From contig NIVC01000075.1 of the NCBI GenBank assembly GCA_002269645.1, positions 213,969 through 277,968 on the forward strand: a DNA stretch of 64,000 nucleotides, read 5' to 3'. The DNA comes from Macrostomum lignano. Lineage: Eukaryota. The notes below the pieces were generated by a model. That model made no database searches. It saw only the letters and a list, made by a program, of their open reading frames with translations, and was not told the origin of the DNA. Both the position numbers and the translations under genes were made by a program. Every line of letters starts with the position of its first letter. The stretch's first letter is position 1. Positions 42,301 through 55,219 of the stretch are shown here, in pieces.

Positions 42301-45300
42301 TATTGCCAATTCTTACTTGTGCGGGATTTGGGTACTGGAACCGGAACCTGGCAGAGATTCTCGGGTCTTAAAACTTCGGGAAGGCCTAGGTACAGTAGGT
42401 GAGCCTATCCCGAGTAAAGGCGTGGCATTCACAGATAAAGTGCTCCGCATTCTCAATACGGGAGAGGCAAAATGAGATTTCCTCGCTACGGATTCCTCCC
42501 TGGGGGTGGCACGCGCTCACATAGGGTGTACAAGCACCCAAGGTTCACGGGATCAAGCCTGGGGTACTATAGCGCGAGAGTCAGACCCGTTATCTTCTGA
42601 GCCCGTTATCACATAAATCAACTTGTTTTGCAGAAAAAGAAGAGAAAGAAGAGGAGGAGGAATGCGGCCACAATGCCGAAGAAGATGCCGAAGAATACGA
42701 TGTCGGCGACGAGCAAGACGAAAGAGACGGGGATTATGATGATCAGGAGGCGGAGGAAGCGGATGAAGATTTTCACGAAGCCGAAGAGTCGCCTTTCGAT
42801 TCCTTATCGGGGGATGAACGCCGTTGGACCAGCCGCAGCGCCAACTGGGAGGATGTGGTGGCAGCCGATGAGAAAGCCAAAGCTGACTCCGCCGCCGCTG
42901 CTGAGGCACTGAAGAAGACTGAGCGATCGTCTGACGGCGCGTCGCCTCAGACAACTCCTAAGCTGGCCAGTCCGGCTCCGCCTGCGGCTACTAGCAGCCG
43001 ATTCAATGGCTGGCAATATAACGTATTAAAGAACACCCTACAGAAACGGGCAACTAGTCCCGACACTACTGCCGCTGCCGCCGCAGACGCTTCGACGAGG
43101 CACGTTCAACCAGCGACTGGACAGCAGCCGCGTCAGCAGTCGCCGATGACTGGGGACAGTCGAGGAGGAGGAGCAGGACTTCGTCAACCGCGCCGGGATG
43201 AACGCGGCGGAGGCGGCTTTCGAGGCGGAGGCGACAGAGGGCCTGGCACTAAGCGTTCCGGGTAAATGCGGTGTTTAATCCTTTGATTTACTTCTACAGC
43301 ACTTTTTAGTCAACTCTTTAACTAGGGGTTTGGAGTGCCTTTAAGTTTGATTTCCAGTGTTATGCGTGATTAATTATTGGGAATCGAATTGTTTAAGATC
43401 ACGTAAATTGAAAGCTAGCACGGTCACGTAAAAGTCACCATGGGAGTCACATGAGGGTCACTGGTCAAATACGTGCTATGTGTAGGTCATGAATTCGTGT
43501 AGGTCACATACGAGTTATAAGTAGGTCACATACGAGTTATGAGTAGGTCACATACGAGTTATGAGTAGGTCACATACGAGTTATGTGTAGGTCACATACG
43601 TGCTGTGTGTAGGTCACATACGAGTTATGTGTAGGTCACATACGTGCTATGTGTAGGTCACATACGAGTTACATGCAGGTCATATACAAGTCACATGTAG
43701 GTCACACATGGAACCAACCATTCTAAACTTTAATGCACAGGTGTTTGTGTTTCTTAAATATTGTAGAAACAAATTGCTTCTCACTTCTAAACTCAAACTT
43801 GTCTCTCTAAGTTTGGCTGCTTCCTTTTTAGCGGTGGAAAACAGCAGCGCAATATTGATCGGCCCGCATCTGGCGTTGGCGGCGGCAACAGCAAAAGGGT
43901 TTCAGGACCATCGAGCGCCGTTGGAGTGCCGCCCGTCGTTTTTGGCCGAGCTGCTGCCCCTACTGCGCCCAGATTAATGGGCACCGGCGGCGGTCGCTTA
44001 CCACCTGCTAAAGGGTGAGCGAAAGCAAATATCTGCTTTTAAGTTTTAACCTGAGATCAAATGCGGGTGCAGTTTTTTACACCCTGGTGCATTGCAATCA
44101 AAACCCCAGCTCCAAAAGCTATCAACACTAGCTCCAGGTTGTCAGAACCCTAGCTCCAGAGAGTCAGAACCCTAGCTGCAGGGTGTCAGAATCCTAACTC
44201 CAATATGTCAGAACCCTTAGCCTAAAGTTGTCAGAACCCTAGCCTCAAGATGTCAGAACCCTAGCTCCAGGGTGTCAGAACCCTAGCTCCAAGTTGTCAG
44301 AACCCTAGCCTCAAGTTGTCAGAACCCTAGCTCCAGGGTGTCAGAACCCTAGCTCCAAGTTGTCAGAACCCTTAGCCTCAAGTTGTCAGAACCCTAGCCT
44401 CAAGATGTCAGAACCCTAGCTCCAGGGTGTCAGAACCCTAGCTCCAAAGTTGTCAGAACCCTAGCCTCAAGATGTCAGAACCCTAGCTCCAGGGTGTCAG
44501 AACCCTAGCCTCAAGTTGTCAGAACCCTAGCTTCAGGGTGTCAGAACCCTAGCTCCAAGTTGTCAGAACCCTTAGCCTCAAGTTGTCAGAACCCTAGCCT
44601 CAAGATGTCAGAACCCTAGCTCCAGGGTGTCAGAACCCAAGCTCCAAGTTGTCAGAACCCTTAGCCTCAAGTTGTCAGAACCCTAGCCTCAAGATGTCAG
44701 AACCCTAGCTCCAGGGTGTCAGAACCCTAGCTCCCAAGTTGTCAGAACCCTAGCCTCAAGATGTCAGAACCCTAGCTCCAGGGTGTCAGAACCCTAGCTC
44801 CAAGTTGTCAGAACCCTAGCTCCAGGGTGTCAGAACCCTAGCTCCAAGATGTCAGAACCCTAGCTCCAGGATGTCATAACCCTAGATCTATTGGTCTCAA
44901 ACCACTGCACCTACTCATCACACACAGGTTGGCTCCAGTTGACAAGCCCCATCAGCCTCAACAACAACAACAACAACAGCAGCAGCAGCAAAACTCCTGT
45001 GGCAATTGCGGTTTGCCGACGTCGCACTGCCGATGCCAGATGGCCTCGGGCCGCGGCCAGCGCACAGGAGGCGGCGGTGGCAAGAAGAGCGGCAGGCCTA
45101 AAAGTGGCCGAGGACAAAACCGGTCTGACAGGAGACCGTCGAATTCCGATATTAAGAGGTGAGTGAGATCTCAGTGAGATCCTCGATTGCTGGGCCAGCC
45201 TCCCAGATCCTCGATTGCTGGGCCAGCCTCCCAGATTCTCAGTTGCTGGGCCAGCCTCCTAGATCCTCAGTTGCTGGGCCAGCCTCCCAGATCCTCAGTT

Positions 45301-46438
45301 GCTGGGCCAGTCTCCCAGATCCTCAGTTGCTGGGCCAGCATCCCAGATTCTCAGTTGCTGGGCCAGCCTCCCAGATCCTCAGTTGCTGGGCCAGCCTCCC
45401 AGATTCTCAGTTGCTGGGCCAGCCTCCCAGATCCTCGATTGCTGGGCCAGCCTCCCAGAGCCTCAGTTGCTGGGCCAGCCTCCCAGATCCTCAGTTGCTG
45501 GGCCAGCCTCCCAGAGCCTCAGTTGCTGGGCCAGCCTCCCAGATCCTCAGTTGCTGGGCCAGCCTCCCAGATCCTCAGTTGCTGGGCCAGCCTCCCAGAT
45601 TCTCAGTTGCTGGGCCAGCCTCCCTGATCTTCAGTTGCTGGGCCAGTCTCCCAGATTCTCAGTTGCTGGGCCAGCCTCCCAGATTCTCAGTTGCTGGGCC
45701 AGCATCCCAGATTCTCAGTTGCTGGGCCAGTCTCCCAGATTCTCAGTTGCTGGGCCAGCCTCCCAGATCCTCAGTTGCTGGGCCAGCATCCCAGATTCTC
45801 AGTTGCTGGGCCAGCCTCCCAGATCCTCAGTTGCTGGGCCAGCCTCCCAGATTCTCAGTTGCTGGGCCAGCCTCCCAGATCCTCGATTGCTGGGCCAGCC
45901 TCCCAGAGCCTCAGTTGCTGGGCCAGCCTCCCAGATCCTCAGTTGCTGGGCCAGCCTCCCAGATCCTCAGTTGCTGGGCCAGTCTCCCAGATCCTCAGTT
46001 GCTGGGCCAGCCTCCCTGATCTTCAGTTGCTGGGCCAGTCTCCCAGATTCTCAGTTGCTGGGCCAGCCTCCCAGATTCTCAGTTGCTGGGCCAGCATCCC
46101 AGATTCTCAGTTGCTGGGCCAGTCTCCCAGATTCTCAGTTGCTGGGCCAGCCTCCCAGATCCTCAGTTGCTGGGCCAGCCTCCCAGATCCTCGATTGCTG
46201 GCCTAACCTCCCAGATCCTCAGTTGCTGCGCCAGCCTCTCAAATCTTCAGGTCCTTGGGGCCAATTGTAAAATATTATTTTGTATTGCAGTTCCTTTATC
46301 CAGTGAAATGCTGTATTTGGCTACTAACAGTAGTTGAAAAGAAAAGCAATTCTTTACTATTGCAGGAGTGGCGGCAATCTAGCTCCTGTGCAGTCTCCCT
46401 CAGCCAGCAACCTTGTCACTGACGAATGGGAGTCCTAA
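36332..46438 (+). CDS. B-box-like/coiled-coil/Tudor protein with Q/H/P-rich, acidic and RG-rich regions (about 1232 aa); exons 36332-36392, 39449-39543, 39644-39768, 39887-40157, 40243-42274, 42634-43261, 43832-44014, 44928-45158, 46366-46438
   Basis: Nine exons join in frame (3699 nt) with canonical splice sites. N-terminal CxxC..CxxC..CxxC..H..H zinc finger, helical coiled coil, Tudor core VYAMSRDGTWGRGRV..VRFFDLGKTE; ends DEWES*. Confidence 0.82.
39030..39100 (+). repeat. Dispersed repeat fragment, second copy at 42472-42537
   Basis: atgagatttcctcgctac(a/g)gattcctccctgg...gtgtacaagca occurs in introns 1 and 5 of the Tudor gene. Confidence 0.75.
43470..43707 (+). repeat. 22-bp minisatellite (gtaggtcacatacgagttatga)
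   Basis: Direct reading; intron 6 of the Tudor gene. Confidence 0.9.
44128..44886 (+). repeat. 22-23-bp minisatellite (gtcagaaccctagctccagggt variants)
   Basis: Fills intron 7 of the Tudor gene. Confidence 0.95.
45165..46255 (+). repeat. 28-bp minisatellite (ctcagttgctgggccagcctcccagatc)
   Basis: Fills intron 8 of the Tudor gene; the overlapping ORFs repeat every 28 aa. Confidence 0.95.
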
Positions 46439-46986
46439 CGATTCAGCCGGAAGCTTGATATTTTTACCTGGTTATTTTTCAATCTGAGACTAAATTTTTA
46501 TTGGATTCTTTGTTTTCGCGATTTTTTGTCTTTTTCTGTTTTAAGAAAGCTAAGAAGTTGTTTCCATCTAAAAATTTCCCTGTTCCGTTGACATGCAGTG
46601 TTTTTTGTATTAGTTAGTCTGTTGCAGATTCCTATATCTATGCCTATTCACTGATGGCTACTCCCTCGCGTTGCGATAATACCATATTATGGTGCGCATT
46701 TATTTAATATGTGTATAATATTTGTATTATATATATATTTATATTAAAAACAGAAAAATTTCTTTCAAATTACCAAAATCGATGGACTATTCTGTGTGCA
46801 AAGATACGCGTCTCTGTAATGTACTTGTGTGTATATAAATATCAATGCAGTGCATCATATTAGCGATCTCAGTGTATGAACAATTGCTGGTTGAACGTCT
46901 GCGTTTTGTTATACATATTTTTGTTACCCGGTTTTTTAATGCGCGGAATTGGGTTAACAGAAATCTTTAACGTGCCCACTAATTAA

Positions 46987-47195
46987 GTGCAGCACCTGTC
47001 CCATTAGTGCATCACCTGTCCCATTAGTGCATCACCTGTCCCATTAGTGCCTCACCTGTCCCAGTAGTGCATCACCTGTCCCATTAGTGCCTCACCTGTC
47101 CCAGTAGTGCATCACCTGTCCCATTAGTGCCTCACCTGTCCCAGTAGTGCATCACCTGTCCCAGTAGTGCATCACCTTCCGCAGTAGTGCATCAC
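46987..47195 (+). repeat. 20-bp minisatellite (gtgcatcacctgtcccatta), about 10 units
   Basis: Direct reading. Confidence 0.9.
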
Positions 47196-47899
47196 TTGAT
47201 CCTGTACAACATTTGTTCATGGCAGCACCTATTACATCACGTGTCACAAATCGAAAAAATTGCACCTTAATCCACCTTTCTATAAAAATTGCCATTAGCG
47301 TTTTCGAGTTTGTATGTTAATGTATTTAAAATATTTCTGTAGTTGATATATTGCAACCGTTCAATAACTTTATTGTTTTATGTTCAATAAGTTAAATAAG
47401 TAAATTTTGTAGCGCATATATTCTAGACTATAGTTCTTTAAATATTTCTTACATTTTACTATGATAATTTTGTAATTTAAAATTTCAACAATTGAAAGGC
47501 CTCTTTTTTAATGTATTTTGATGCAACTCTTAGCGCCTGTCTGGTTTATATTTTACTTAACCAAAGTCCAACGTTAATCTTGTAATTAAACTATACATTT
47601 ATTCAATTTTATATATATTAGTTATTGTATAGCTATAGATTCCGGTAAACTTTCAATTGTTGTCCTTAGTATGGGAGATTAATTGCAGTCACAGCCTCGT
47701 TATATAGTTTTTCTTAATTTTGTTCCCCTCGGTTGAGAAAAGCGCCCTTAAATCCACCATGCCTGTCTTTGAGCGTTAACAGCTTTACATGCTTGATATG
47801 TGCTTCTAATTAAAAAATCCACTTATAAATTATCGACCCCAATTAAAGGCCTTACCTGGCATTTAATAGCCCCGACCACCCCCTGTTTAACCTCTACCC

Positions 47900-48130
47900 C
47901 TCTTAACACCTACCACTCCCTCAGTGTACAGTATCTCTCAATGTCCCGACCAACCCCACTTTTAACCCCTACCCTCCCTCAGTGTACAGTATCTCTCACT
48001 GTCCCGACCAACCCCACTTTTAACCACTACCCTCCCCCAGTGTACAGTATCTCTCACTGTCCCGACCAACCCCACTTTTAACCCCTACCCTCCCTCAGTG
48101 TACAGTATCTTTCACTGGCCTGACCAACTA
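47900..48130 (+). repeat. 58-bp tandem repeat, about 4 units
   Basis: cagtgtacagtatct recurs with a period of 58 (near 47921, 47979, 48037, 48095). Confidence 0.9.
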
Positions 48131-48959
48131 ACTCAACCCCTACCCGTCCTTCAGTAATCTTTCTTGACCGTCCCGACCCAATCAAACCTCAGCAAACCTA
48201 CTCTAATGTTTTAATTAATTTTATATTAATTTTAACACTTTTAGCCTAATTTAAATTTCTTTACTTTGAAAAAACGTCGGTTCTAAAACTTTTGTTCTCA
48301 TGTGCAAAACTTAAAAACCTTGTATAAAATGGTGTGTATTTTTAAAGAAAGATCGAGTGTTTGTTTAACATTCGTTTTTTGTTTATCAACTATAAATATT
48401 TGTTTTTTCTTAAATTTTCCTTCTCTATAATGCTTCTGTGTGTATTTGATAGCGTTTTTTCTGTTTGTTTGACCAAATGTGTGTGTTTTTTCAAACGTCA
48501 AATTTCTTTTTTGCCTTGGTTATTGCATGCACCAGTGTTCGATGCTTTTCTGAGAAACGCAAGAAATCTGTTGTAAAGTAGCGGCAACTTCTGTTGCCAG
48601 CAATGATGATGGAGTTTATCCTCTAGCTCTAGCTCGTATCTATTCGATTTGCTATAAATCGTGCGCGCGTTAATGCTGAATTATTGCTGTAATTAAACTC
48701 TTGCGTATACCTGCATACATATATTATATATGAATTTTAATATCTTTTTTTAAAGCCTAGCAGTGCTGTAGCAGTGTAATATAATACCATGGAAAAATAT
48801 ATAATAGCTTTCGCACTTGATTAATGCGGTTATTTAAGCATTTGCGGAAATCTTGTCTATTTTTAGCTTCCTTATTATGATAATGCAATTCTATTTCTGC
48901 CTGGTGTTGTCCAGTTAATGGTAATTTTTATATTTTTATAGAGTTTGTGTAGGTAATGT

Positions 48960-49550
48960 ATCCGACCTGTTTGGCTGTCTGTCTGTCTATCCTTAGTGTC
49001 TGCTTGTCTGTATATCTGTCTACCTGTCTTTCTGTCTCTGTCTTGTGTCTTTTGACCATGTTTTAGTGTCTCTTAGGATCTGTTTGCGTCTGTCTTAGTG
49101 TATTTCTAGGTCTGTCTGTCCGTTTTAGTATCTGTCTGCATGTCTCAGCGTCTTTTAGTGTCTCTCTCCGTCCCTCACTGTCTGCCAATACCATATTGTG
49201 TCCTTTCGGGTCTGTTAGTGGTCTGTCTGTCTTTCCCAGTGTCTGTTTGTATGTCTGTCTGTATGAATGTATGATGTATGTATGTATCGTATTGCCTGTC
49301 TGCCTGCCAGCCTGCCTGTCTGTCTGTCTGTCTGTCTGTCTGTATGTATGTATGTCTGTCTACCTGTATGTCTGTCTCTGCCTGTATGTCTCTGTCTGTA
49401 TGGTGTATGTATGTATGCCTGTCTCTCTGTCTGCCTTTCTCTCTGTCTGTCTGTCAGGTCTTTCGATCTGTCTGTCTGTTTCTCTCTCTTCGTCTGGTAT
49501 TGCCTTTCGTAGTTTCGTAGTTTTCGAGTCTGTCTACCTGTCTGTCAGCA
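48960..49550 (+). repeat. Degenerate (TGTC/TGTA)n low-complexity tract
   Basis: Direct reading. Confidence 0.85.
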
Positions 49551-49655
49551 GTCATTTAGACAATATCATATTGTGTTGCTGTATACATTAATTTTGCAGT
49601 ACACGCATAGATAGTCAAAAGCTCCCCTTGCTCGGCTTGCAGGTGCCGCACTGAG

Positions 49656-52600
49656 ATGTCGAATTCGTCTGCCGCGGCCCCAGCTGAGCTATTAAAGTTC
49701 GTTGGCTGTTCAGAATTTCGCAGCCGAATCGCCCTGTCAATCCTCACTGGTAAGCCGGTGAAAATCTCGTCGATTCGAGCTAAGCTAGAGAATCCCGGCG
49801 TGCGCGAATTCGAGATCAGCTATCTGCGCTTGATTGAGCAGATTACCAATGGCACTGTGGTTAGAATTAGCGAGACAGGCACTGTTGTGCTGTTCAGGCC
49901 GGGTATACTTACTGGCGGCGAGTTCGAATTCGATTGCTGTGCTGAGCGGGGCATTGGCTACTATCTGGAGCCGCTCATGCTGCTTGGCCCGTTTGGCAAG
50001 CGGTCGCTTAGCGTTAAACTGACTGGCGTGTCAAACAACTCTATGGATCCCAGCGTTGAAGCTGTTAGTTACTCTTGCCTACCGTTGCTGCGGCGATTTC
50101 TTGGCCGCGATTCGGGCTCCGAGTTGAGTCTCGAACGGCGTGGTTGCCATCCGGTTGGCGGGGCCGAAGTTCGATTCCAGTGCCCGACCGTGTCCAAGCT
50201 CAAACCGTTGGTAAGTGGTCTGCAGTCTAAAAAGGCTTTTCAAGTTGCCGCAACACTTTCTGCGAAGGTTCTACTATATTCTAAGTAGATCTGAAGGTAT
50301 TCAAAGTCACTCGAGACATTCAAAGTCACTCCAGGAAATTCAAAGTCACTCCATGACCTTCAAAGTCACTCCATGACATTCAAAGTCACTCCATGACATT
50401 CAAAGTCACTCTATATCATTCAAAGTCACTCCATGACATTCAAAGTCACTCCATATCATTCAAAGTCACTCCATATCATTCAAAGTCACTCCATGACATT
50501 CAAAGTCACTCCAGGACATTCAAAGTTACTCCATATCATTCAAATTCACTCCATGACATTCAAAGTCACTCCATATCATTCAAAGTCACTCCATAACATT
50601 CAAAGTCACTCCATGACAATAAAAACTCACTCCATGACATTCAAAGTCACTCTAGGACATTCAAAGTCACTCCATATCATTCAAAGTCACCCCATTTCAT
50701 TCAAAGTCACTCTATGACATTCAAAGTCACTCCATATCATTCAAAGTCACTCCATGACATTCAAAGTCACTCCATATCATTCAAAGTCACTCCATAACAT
50801 TCAAAGTCACTCCATGACAATAAAAACTCACTCCATGACATTCAAAGTCACTCTAGGACATTCAAAGTCACTCCATATCATTCAAAGTCACCCCATTTCA
50901 TTCAAAGTCACTCTATGACATTCAAAGTCACTCCATATCATTCAAAGTCACTCCAGGAAATTCAAAGTCACTCCATGACATTCAAAGTCACTCCATGACA
51001 TTCAAAGTCACTCCATGACATTCAAAGTCACTCCATGACATTCAAAGTCACTCTATATCATTCAAAGTCACTCCATGACATTCAAAGTCACTCCATATCA
51101 TTCAAAGTCACTCCATATCATTCAAAGTCACTCCATGACATTCAAAGTCACTCCAGGACATTCAAAGTTACTCCATATCATTCAAATTCACTCCATGACA
51201 TTCAAAGTCACTCCATATCATTCAAAGTCACTCCATAACATTCAAAGTCACTCCATGACAATAAAAACTCACTCCATGACATTCAAAGTCACTCTTGGAC
51301 ATTCAAAGTCACTCCATATCATTCAAAGTCACTCCATATCATTCAAAGTCACCCCATTTCATTCAAAGTCACTCTATGACATTCAAAGTCACTCCAGGAC
51401 ATTCAAAGTTACTCCATATCATTCAAATTCACTCCATGACATTCAAAGTCACTCCATATCATTCAAAGTCACTTCATAACATTCAAAGTCACTCCATGAC
51501 AATAAAAACTCACTCCATTACAATAAAAAGTCACTCCATGACATTCAAAGTCACTCCATAACATTCAAAGTCACTCCATATCATTCAAAGTCACCCCATT
51601 TCATTCAAAGTCACTCTATGACATTCAAAGTCACTCCATATCATTCAAAGTCACTCCATGACATTCAAAGTCACTCCATATCATTCAAAGTCACTCCATG
51701 ACATTCAAAGTCACTCCATATCATTCAAAGTCACTCCATGACATTCAAAGTCACTCCATGACATTCAAAGTCACTCCATATCATTCAAAGTCACTCCATA
51801 TCATTCAAAGTCACCCCATTTCATTCAAAGTCACTCCATGACATTCAAAGTCACTCCATATCATTCAAAGTCACTCCATATCATTCAAAGTCACTCCATA
51901 TCATTCAAAGTCACCCCATTTCATTCAAAGTCACTCCATGACATTCAAAGTCACTCTATATCATATAAAATCACTCAAGGACATTCAAAGTCACTCCATA
52001 TCATTCAAAGTCACTCCATGACATTCAAAGTCACTCCATAACATTCAGTCACTCCAGGACATTCAAAGTCACTCCATATCATTCAAAGTCACTCCATGAC
52101 ATTCAAAGTCACTCCATAACATTCAGTCACTCCAGGACATTCAAAGTCACTCCATGAAATTGATAATCACTTCATGATGATGATAGGCTAAAAATCACTT
52201 ATCTCATAAAATTAGTCTTTATTTTAAAAAAAGGACAATGAAGTCTTAGTTAAGCATAAAAAAGAGAAATGCTAATTCGTAGGGTTCTTAATCAAGTTCT
52301 ATCATGGATCGCAAGCGCGCCATGAGTTGCAGAATCGTAGAAGAGTAGCGAAAGAGTCATCCAATAATCTTTGTGTTGGCGCTTAACTTTCTACTAACTC
52401 AGTAGGCTAGTTAGAGTGCAATTGAAGCTCAATATGCTACACGGGGTGTTTATTGCGTAACTGTGTACCTCTGACTCTGTGATGCTAAAGCGCTTCTTCT
52501 GCGACTGCAGAATGCCGCTGAAATGCGTTCAGAGATGTAACTCTAATGCAGGGGTCGGCAAACCACATGCGGCCCGCGAATCCTCTCTAGCCGGCCCTCG

Positions 52601-54282
52601 GGTCCTTTGAAACTTCACAATAGCAATCCGGCCCGCTCAAGGTTTCTTTTCTCAGCTCCCTAGTTGAATCTACTCTCTATTCTCCTCTCTTTTCCGTCCT
52701 CTGGCTCGCAGTCATGCGCTAGGTTCTCTATCTGGCCTTGAGCTGAAAGAGTTTGCCGACCCCTGCTCAAATTCATCAAGCGATGCAAATTGCGCTTTGA
52801 ACACAACTCTGTGACTCTAAGCACGTAAAGTAATAAACGTAGCACGTCTCAAATACGACTCTACGGCCCCAGAGTCGGTTCAGAGTTGGAGATAATAAAA
52901 TTCTTTAAAATAATTCTTGACGACTTTTTGGCGACTTCTGGCGTACCCTGACATCTGGCAAGTGACACTCTGGGACGCTTCTTGGCCTGTGTACCATTTT
53001 TATCGGGATAGTTGGATATTTTTCAATTGCTCCCCCTTCAGGACCTGACACAGCCGGGCAAAATCCATCGCATCCGCGGCATGTCCTTCACCTGCAAAGT
53101 GTCGCCCGGCATGAACGGCCGCCAGATTGTCTCGGCCAAGGAGCTGCTTCGCCGACTGGTGCCAGACGTGTTGCTTACAGCGGACCATTGCACCGGCGCC
53201 AGGGGCGGCCAGTCGCCCGGCTTTGGCGTCACCCTGGTGGCCGAGACTCGCGACGGCTGTCGCTACGTGGCCGAGTGCATGAGCCGGCCGTCCGGAGTGG
53301 CCGTCGCCGAGGCCTCCGTGCCCGAGGATGTCGGGCTGACCGCCGCCCAGCTGCTCTGCGAAGAGGTCTAATAAGTCAAAACGATTATATGTATCCTTGA
53401 AATATTATGGTTTAAGAGATGCAAGAACTCCGCTTCCTGCTAGGGATATACTGCTCTACATATATAGCTCTGCAGCCTAGTCGTTAGAGCGTCGGACTCA
53501 CGACTGAAAGTCGGGGGTTCGATTCTCGACCCATTCGGAACCTTAACTCTGCATTGCTTCAGTTCACCCAGCTGTAAAATTTATTAGCTGGGGTAATTAA
53601 GGGTGTGTGTGGCGACCCCCCAGTCCTTGGACTGAACAGCCGTACGCAGCCTTCAAATGCGCCGCGCAATAGCTGCGGCTGAGCTGTCGGCTGCACGTCT
53701 GGCAGGTGTAATCAATTAGTATCTGCAATTCGGTTGCATAGAGCATTATTTGCAGTAGTAGTATTAGTAGTAGTATAATGGGAGTAGTAGATTGGCATGT
53801 GTAGATTACAGAAGTAGCAGTAGTAGCAGTAGTATTCGTAAAAAAAATCACGCATGCCGTCCTCTAAATAATGAGCTTTTGAAAGTCTCGCTCCTTTCCG
53901 CTTTTTAATTAACAATGTATTGGCATAAGTATGGATGGTTTCAGTTTTATAGAATTCATCTTTTCGATTTCAGGTTTTGCCTATACTTCTACTGTAAGTA
54001 GAGTTGCACAAATTTCAGATCTATCGCGGCGGCTGCGTTGACTCAATTAGTCAACCGCTGGCCTTGGCTTTGATGGCCCTGTGCGATCGGGATGCCAGCA
54101 GATTGCTAACTGGCCCATTGACTCCGCACAGTGTCCGCTTGCTGCGACTGTTGCGCCAGTTTCTTGGCGTCACGTTTCGATTGCAATCGCGACCGGCTGG
54201 CGACGACGGACTGGGCGGCGACAAAGTGCTGTGCACCTGCGTTGGCTCCGGGTTTGCCAATCTCAGTAAACTGGTGCGATAG
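49656..54282 (+). CDS. RCL1: RNA 3'-terminal phosphate cyclase-like protein (380 aa); exons 49656-50210, 53042-53365, 54019-54282
   Basis: Motifs FRSRIALSILTGKPVKI, RGIGYYLEPL, DPSVE, GQSPGFGVTLVAE, PEDVG, GGCVDSISQPL, CVGSGFANL. The exons join at phase 0 (1143 nt); the exon 2 donor gtctaa is weak. Confidence 0.92.
50298..52160 (+). repeat. 20-bp minisatellite (cattcaaagtcactccatga) with an internal 642-bp higher-order duplication
   Basis: Identical ORFs at 50393 and 51035, and matching ORF starts at 50433 and 51075, show a 642-bp offset. Confidence 0.95.
52549..52765. mobile_element. hAT (Charlie-like) MITE, 217 bp
   Basis: 15-bp perfect TIR caggggtcggcaaac / gtttgccgacccctg; degenerate 8-bp TSD ctctaatg / ctcaaatt. 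Confidence 0.75.
53465..53790 (+). mobile_element. tRNA-derived SINE in RCL1 intron 2
   Basis: A-box-like tagtcgttagagc, B-box GTTCGATTC (53517-53525), CORE-like body ttaactctgcattgcttcagttcacccagctgtaaa, and an (AGT)n-rich tail. Confidence 0.6.
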
Positions 54283-54339
54283 TGTACTGGCAGTCTGCTG
54301 CTTCCACAGCATCGGCTTCTTCCAGCTTTTCCTACTTTT

Positions 54340-54700
54340 CTTGTCTTCCTCGCCTGCTTCTGCTCACCTCTCTCCTTTGTTCTATTTATTTATCTTCGTC
54401 CCTTCTTGCCCTCTGCACTTTCTCCCCCTCTATATCCTCTCCTCCCCTCCCTCTCCTTCTCCTCCCCTCTATATCCTCTCTCCTTTCCTTCTCTCTATAT
54501 CCTCTCTCCCTCTCTCCTTTCCTCTTTATCCTCCCTCTCCCTCTCTCCCCCATCTAGAGTCTAACATCTCTCCCTCTCTCCTCCTATCTATATCCTCTCT
54601 CCCCTCTCCTCCCCTCTCGTCCCCTCCCTCCCCCTCTCCTCCCCTCTATATCCTCTCTCCCCCTCCACTCCCCTCCTTCCTCTTTCTCATTTCTCTCAAC
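54340..54700 (+). repeat. Pyrimidine-rich (CT) low-complexity tract
   Basis: Direct reading. Confidence 0.8.
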
Positions 54701-55219
54701 TTTTCCCACCATTTTTCTTCCGATTCTTCCCTTCTAATTGTTTTTATCTTTTTCCCTATGATCCGCATAATGTACGCATAATCAGTGCAGGCCGCTTTGG
54801 AGCATCTTGACCCGTAGTAAAGTAGCATCTGTGTCGGTTTATTGCGAACACATTTGAATGCTCACCCAGTCCCGGGCATCTGTGTACCAATCGCATACAG
54901 TATAGACTGTCGATATGCAAATAAATGTGCTTTTGCATTTTTAATGCTATGTTTGTTCTTGCTCTGCCACTTGGCAAATGACGACATCAATTTTGAGCGG
55001 GCGTTGCATCTTATAATTGTTTTATATGTGCATTATGCTACATGTAGTAGGGTGTGCCAGCGTGTCAAGTCAGCATTCAATTGTGCCGTCAAAATACAAC
55101 TCCGACACATCATACCTCCGACACTTGGTATCTCCGACGCCTCAGATCTGACACCTCATATCTGACAAACTTGGCAACGGACTTCATACATGTATCTCCG
55201 TTAGGTTTTGTGTTTAGCT

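Noticed and set aside
41344-43016. Antisense and alternative-frame ORFs over the Tudor gene
   Set aside because: Shadow ORFs of low-complexity coding sequence.
45159-46337. GPASQILSCW-repeat ORFs
   Set aside because: 28-bp intronic minisatellite; exon 8 splices to exon 9 in frame.
53466-53535. Possible tRNA gene
   Set aside because: Acceptor and anticodon stems do not pair properly, and it continues into a SINE body and tail.
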